Source of the DNA: Trichoplax sp. H2
Taxonomy: Eukaryota
Direction: 5' to 3'
Assembly: GCA_003344405.1 (NCBI GenBank)
Contig: NOWV01000130.1
Span: 186,001 to 214,065 of the forward strand
Length of the DNA: 28,065 nucleotides
The notes beneath the pieces were generated by a model that made no database searches, was not told where the DNA came from, and saw nothing but the letters and a program-made list of their open reading frames with translations. Made by a program: the position numbers and the translations under genes. Positions 21,539 to 28,065 of the stretch are shown here, piece by piece. Within the stretch, counting starts at the first letter, position 1. Each line of letters begins with the position of its first letter.

Positions 21539-24500
21539 CTAGCTTGTCCTATGGTAAATGTTAAGTAGTTGCAGTTAGAAAATTATCTAGGTCTGGTAAT
21601 AGTAAATTAATGTATATACATAGTTAACTAGCTACAAACTATACAAAGAATAGACTAACTTGTCTTTTAATTCCTTGGCTTTTTGTCTTCGTAATTTATT
21701 CGCTGCTATGGCATTGAAAACAATATACCATATAGTCCAGATACCAAATATTATTAATGGAGCGTAGCCAATATTTTTAAAGGCCTAAGAAAAACGTTAC
21801 AGTAGTCAAAGTTATAGAAATTCCGCTCTAACCCATGTTGTTATAAATGATTTACATAAGCTAAGATCGTATTACAAATGATAAATACTGTACCTGAACG
21901 GTTTTTTCGTACGTTATTAGAGAAAAGGCAGCAAATCCAATTCCTAAGAAGTAAAAGCTTCGAAAGCAGTGAAAAGCGTTCACACAAAGACGGGTAAAGA
22001 ATGGTAGTTCACTGGTTTTTTCGGTTTCCAGTAAAATTGCTAAAATTCGCACAGACTGATAAAAAAACAGAAAGTTCACATTTTCTAGTATTTGCTTATT
22101 TGTTTCATTAGTTTCTAATAGAACAATTTTTGGACATCTAAAAACTTCGGGTTCATAACAACTCAACTAAAAACAAGTAACAAAATGAGTTCTATCTTAA
22201 AGAAACATCCAAAGCACCTCATTTTCCATAAATACATCAGCCAGTTCGATTGTAAAAGCAACGAAATAGCCAATGTAAAGACCATGCCATATAGCTAAAA
22301 AGTATAAAAGGGCCAATTGGGATAACATTGTGTTACCGAGAAAACGCAGCCTCTTGTAAATATAGCTGATAAAATTGAAAATATTACGAAGATTAAAGAA
22401 AGCGTACAGTAAGATCACATCATCTACATATACTCGCAAGGAAGTAGTGTACTGTATTACCTAACGCCCCATCTATTGGTATTGATGTTAAAGCTTTGAA
22501 TCAAATGCTACAACAATAAACGAGATCCAAAGTTAAGATGCCTCACAATAACCGCAAAAATTAAATTGATTACAGTAGTAAAATTAATGCAACTTACTTT
22601 GACAGTATAGGCAGTTTCCAAAATTCTTAAGCGAACGTTAGCCATAGCATTCCATTTAGAATAAAAATTCGTGCCTTTCTCGTTGTAAGAAATACCACTC
22701 ATCATACAGCTGCTTTCCTATAAAGTATTTATAGGTAAGTTCTACTTAGAAGATTTTGTAACACGCAGTGCTGTGGAAACTGACATATAGTAAATCATCA
22801 ATATTTCAGTCTTAAAATAACATCTGTCTGAATATGATACAATGAGCAGTTCACAAATACTTACAGCAAGCAACCAAGCGCTCACGTATCTCACAAATTG
22901 TGTTCGAACACAAATGTATGGATAAATTAAACGATACCATTCAGGTGAATTCTAAATATTGATTTTAAGAACATTTTTCTTTACCATTTAGGAACGTACA
23001 GTACATTATGACATACCAGAAAGATAGACAATAATGAGCATACCGCGAACTCTGTTGTAAGCATATAATCTGGAGCACCATAACTAGATACAACTGAATA
23101 TACACCCATGTAAACAAAACCAGTAACAATGCGAATCGTTGCGGGAAGGACACTAAGATTGAATTTGTAAAATAAGGATATAGATGTATTTGAAATATCC
23201 ACTAAATTTTTAATAACATATTACTCGGCTCACCTAGAGAAAGGAGACTGTGGCGCATTACGAAGCAAACTTCCAGAAGTAAATTTTAGATATCTACTCA
23301 TTGAAATCTGCAAATAGTCCATAATGGATCAATTAACTTATTATTAAGAATTTAATAGCCTTCTTAATAGGTAGCAATCTCATACCTGAGGACCAACCAA
23401 AAAACCTCCAAAAAAGTACGCATGACCTAGCATCTAATACAATATGAAGCTTTATCAAAATATTGATAGTTACAATGTGGTATGCGTATTCAGTGCAATT
23501 AGGTTCATCATATAGGTAAATTAACTTGCACTTATATTCTGTACCTCTAAGAGTGACGGAGTTTCTTTAAGGCATCTCCACTTTTGTTCCTCATTTAACT
23601 TTGCCTGATAGGCGAATAAAGTAAAAATGAATAGAAAACTATGAATACTCAGAGCGGTAGCAACAGACAGCATAGAAAGGGATAAAGTAAAATAAGATCC
23701 AAACCTCGTCCTGTGCACCATCGTATCGATCGAATACAACAGCTATTGGATTAGCATGCATCAGCGTATAATCAATATTGCGTGTTAATAAAAACAGTGG
23801 AAAAGCAAATCTCGATCAATACCCTTATATGTAAGATAAAAGATATCTAGTTGTTACCTATCAATTTTAAGGTTAGAACGCAATGAGCAGTTGTCCAATC
23901 GATATCGTAGTCGTCTGTGGCATAGTAATAGTATCCACCTAACAAATAACCCTAACAAAGTAATAAAATAATTATTAATATAAATAATGTAATTCGATCG
24001 ATAGCAACACAATAATATCTCCTTGTATACAGTAATATAGAAACTGAAATTAAATACAATACTCGTATAGTTTTCAATTCGCATAATTTATTATGACTAC
24101 TTTACCATATGTATAATGAATGCTAATGCAACTGATAGTGACGTTCCACCAAGAGCCGATAATAATATATAATTGATGATAATATTCGCTAATGAATGAA
24201 CGAAATCGTTACCTAAAAATTAAGAGAAAGACTATTCAGAACACTTTTTTAACTTCTTTTACTGCCTACAATTATAATTTGTACTGAAAGCTACAAAAAT
24301 TTAACTTGTTGACAATTGTTACAAGTATATAATAACGTCGGATCAATAAAAATATAATTAATAGTAGTGACCAATTCACTGAATATTTTTATGATTAATT
24401 GAAAATCATATGATCTAAAGTACTCGTATAATTGCAACCATCTGAAACTGATTTTTCTTTAAAATATATTGCTGTCTCATAACTAAGGCAATTGCTAGAA

Positions 24501-26494
24501 CTTGTAATTACTAAGCTTTAATAAATCATTAAATAATAATAAAATACCAAAACAGAAGCGTGCAATGCCAATGCCAACAATCGTGAAGAATATGTGCTAG
24601 GAAAAGAAATAAATAGAAGGTAGCATGTTAAATTCATGATCAGTGATATTAACACTTTTAGTAATTTTTGGCATGTTTTATTACACATATAATTATTCAT
24701 CCATCTCTTTACCGACTAAGCCCTAATTAACTGCAATACAAATTTAAGATTCCATATTTTCTAGAAAGAATTGATCACGATACCTGAATTGAGGCACTAG
24801 TTCTGATAAAAATTAATCTATGAATGAGACCTAAAGGATAACCTGTTTAAGAATAAATGAATAAGAGTCGTATTATTATTGAGTAGATCAGTCAGTATTC
24901 TACACTGTCTTGTGGACCTTTAAAATCTTAGAGCTCTATGACTTTAAATTGTGTGCATCATCTGAATGCTGCAATCTTTTTAGTTAATACACCGTAGATG
25001 ATATAGCATTGATGGATCAAAGCCGATATCGATGCAGCATAGAAGTATCAAGTTTATGTAGCAATGCACCGCTTATGTAATTTAATACATGGGTATAAGT
25101 AGAATTGCAGACCATTTTTTATAGCCGGTCCTGTAATTGCTGTTAAGGAATTAATTCATTCGCATCGTACATATAGCGTACACGAGAGCATAGTCCTGTG
25201 TAATATCAATTTTTGATTAGAGTAGTGGTCAAAGCATCAATTTATCATCTTTACGTTTCAATCTGTCTTAAGTTTATTTTACTGTATAAATAGTGCATTG
25301 CCTACATAGCACAATGGATAGTGTAAACTGAAAACAGCGTAACGATACTGACACGCGAGATATTGTAAAAATACACGGTCAAAGAAATTAAAACAAACAT
25401 TTAACTTTCAGTTGCTAACATGATCAACGATGTATCATAACTGTTGATCTCTACGGTCCTAGGATTGAAAATTTGAAGAGAAAGACTTACAATAAATCTA
25501 CTATGGTAAAAGTAGAAGCCGGCTTTAGCAAGCATCTAGGTAACAAGATTGTCAAGGATGAACCATTTAGAATTGATGTTAAAATTTGAATGAAGTACAT
25601 TCATGCAATACCAATAGTCGTGAAGAACAGCTGATTGGACTATTGCATGGAGAAAATAGGATATAGCTGCCCTGTGTAAAGTTTAAATTCTTTTAAATTG
25701 CTATTATCTATTTATTGCCTACTGCGATCATTCCTCTACATTGCTATGCAACTCCAAATACTGACTGACATGCCAATACGCACTAGCTGTCTATGAAAAA
25801 TGGTACGACATGCTTGCAAAGATTGCGCAAAAGACAGCCTATCCTTCTACTGTATTTATTTATCATTCAGCATATTACAACTACCTTTAACAACTTGAAG
25901 AATGTACCTACAGGTCTAAAAAAATTGACTTGATAGCTACCTATTTGTATCTATTTCAGGGTCAAAATAGCAAGAATGTGGTCCTTTTTTTTCAGAGAAT
26001 CTTGGAATACTTGTCATTGCAGTAGTTTGTATGGCCACCATGGCAATGGTGACCGTCCTTTTTCAATTGGTTTATACTGTACTGTATGTTATATAGTATA
26101 GAATATTACCGGTACTACTGTATCAACTATCAATTGGCTCATTAGCTATGGTTGCGGCTGTTTATGGCTGTAAAATGACTACATCATTTGCTTGAGGAGA
26201 AAATAAGGAAGGAAACATATCGATATTTTACGCGCTCATCCATCGGTAATATTGTGAGATTGAATTTTAAAACGTGTCTACTCGATTTCAATCACGGAGA
26301 AAACGATAGTAGTCATGTGCTGTCATTGAAAGGGTAAAATAGGCGTCCCATGTTCTATTGGATATCATTGAAAAAGTGGAAAATGGACTTAAAAATTCAA
26401 TACCTGCGATTAAACAGACTAATAACTTGACACCCAGTAAAGGTAGTCCAGCAGCATCTCCGATCTGGTTCATGAAATCCTCCACCGTAGCCAT
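21539..26494 (-). CDS. LPCAT3: Lysophospholipid acyltransferase 5 / LPCAT3 (MBOAT5)-like, paralog B
   Basis: Exons 26494-26404, 24842-24784, 24596-24548, 24212-24106, 23951-23858, 23742-23705, 23604-23545, 23433-23386, 23307-23234, 23152-23044, 22951-22865, 22717-22598, 22507-22461, 22365-22218, 22055-21894, 21784-21660 and probable 21548-21539 give 475 aa. If unspliced, the stop is at 21632 (481 aa). Motifs: YDIDWTTAHCVLTLKL, FDRYDG, YFFGGFLVGPQ, FNINTNRWGVSYIYKRLRFLG, catalytic IWHG. Confidence 0.93.
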
Positions 26495-26939
26495 GTTGGC
26501 AATTTCGGTCGTTTCACTGCAGTATGGCACGTCCCACTCAAGTTGACCCGTTAACGTCAGTCAGCACTGAAGCTCAAAAGCACACTTAATTACTGGACAC
26601 AGTACTTTAATACTTTGATAGCATAGGTGTAGACGAGCTTTGTATAGCTGTTTCGAGCAGTCTACGTGACCACATTGTCTTTTACTATAAACAACCATCA
26701 GTCAGTCAGTGGATCGATCGATCGTACGATTCATTCCATATCGCGTCACCGTTTTAGGGTTGAAGGTAGGGCGTCGACATCTTATCAAGCACGCGGAGGC
26801 GGGCGAAATTACTAGATGAAAGACACGATTGTTCATTGGCCTGATCCAAGCGATTTTCTAGTTTCTTTTGTTTATCAGACCAATGAGCAAGCGTGCCTTT
26901 TCGTCTTTTAATTTCGCTCTGATTACAGCTAATGTATGC

Positions 26940-27080
26940 TGTACTTGCACAGTATGGACATTGGACAGTACAGTACAGTACGTCCAGTCAGGATAGTCGT
27001 GCACAGTATAAAGTACTGTACATAGACAGTGCAATGTACAGTCGTATAGTACTGTACACTGTACAGTACGCACAGTACCT
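26940..27080. repeat. (GTACW)n cluster upstream of LPCAT3-like B
   Basis: cagtacagtacagtacg, agtactgtaca, gtactgtacactgtacagtacg. Confidence 0.85.
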
Positions 27081-27475
27081 GATACCAGAGTTGAAAACAG
27101 CCACAGCTCAAATGGGAAAGTGCAAGAACGTTCATATAGTATCCATAGAGAGGCTAAATTTGCTTTGATAGTAGGATATTTCATACAAATTGATTGCAAA
27201 TACACCGTATAACACCCATAGCGCATCTATCGACTGTGTATCAAATGATATGTATGATTTTATTGTATTTTTACTCTTCTAAAGAGGTTCAATTTACTTT
27301 GATAATGGAATATTTGATGCAAGTCGAAATACAAATATCAAATAATGATAGTAATTATATATGATACGTACAGTAATATTCGTATTAATTATAGAATAAC
27401 ATTATGTTATGTATGTGTATGTCTTCAATGAAATTCTCTCTTCCTTATTTATATCAATGATCTCTTTTTTAATAT

Positions 27476-27770
27476 ATACAGTACAGTACAATAACTACAC
27501 TAGTACCTTCTACTGTACAGTGTACAGTACAGAGTACAGTACACTGAGTGCAGTGCACCTCTGGTAGTGATTTTCCGCGACTTACAGTACAGTACTGTAC
27601 TGTACAGGTAACACTACAGTACTGTACTGTACCGTAGTCTACAATACTGTACTGTACTGTACTGTACAATACAGTATTGTACTGTAAACGTCTGAATCAA
27701 TGTGTACAGTAATAAGTACGGTACTGCACAGTGTTCAGTACTGTACAACTGCAGTACTGTACTGTACAGC
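27476..27770. repeat. Large (GTACW)n / TACAGTG cluster
   Basis: About 300 bp of mixed TACAG and CTGTA units, e.g. tacagtacagtactgtactgtacag and tactgtactgtactgtactgtac. Confidence 0.92.
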
Positions 27771-28065
27771 TGACAGCACGCCAAGTATCAGGCAAGTGTT
27801 CGACTACGTACAGTAACTAGTACTAGATCGGTAAATGCCTTTCGTGATGCGGTGGATCACAAGTGCGCCGGCGCATACACCTAATGTATCGTTGTCATGG
27901 AGCCTACTGTTTATGTTGCTAAGGAGCCAGACATTCAAGATACATGATCCAACTACCATACTCAATCATTATTACTCTACTAAACAAGACTAAAAAAACC
28001 TAAAAAGGATATTCGATACTTTCTATTGCGATCATACGTGTAATTTATCCAGAGTAATTTATTGC

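Noticed and set aside
7717..26494. U12-type (AT-AC or GTATCCT) introns
   Set aside because: All reconstructed introns are GT-AG and none has the RTATCCTT donor.
27836..27993. Short + strand ORF (~50 aa) after the last GTACW cluster
   Set aside because: No recognisable homology or splice structure; may be the 5' region of a gene outside the window.

Overview
Eukaryotic, AT-rich, very intron-dense animal genomic DNA. Short GT-AG introns, metazoan-type genes and abundant TACAG/CTGTA tracts suggest a basal metazoan such as the placozoan Trichoplax (inference only). I rebuilt six spliced genes by hand: FARSB (-, 5' part only), MRPS24 (+), RFESD (-), ABCF3 (-, 26 coding exons, 706 aa) and two anciently duplicated, convergent LPCAT3/MBOAT5-like acyltransferases with matching exon structure. 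A 20-N gap is flanked by a ~260 bp near-identical duplication, probably two unmerged haplotypes. Most ORFs in the supplied track are exon fragments or repeat artefacts. The most striking unexplained pattern is a self-complementary (GTACW)n lattice concentrated at gene 5' ends and first introns and nearly absent from the exon-dense gene bodies. Other oddities are a ~105-nt irregular hairpin in the FARSB/MRPS24 divergent promoter, hidden terminal exons in both LPCAT3 paralogs, and a gene-specific excess of AAG splice acceptors. I found no convincing tRNA, rRNA, CRISPR array or transposase, and cannot prove a new biological system from sequence alone.
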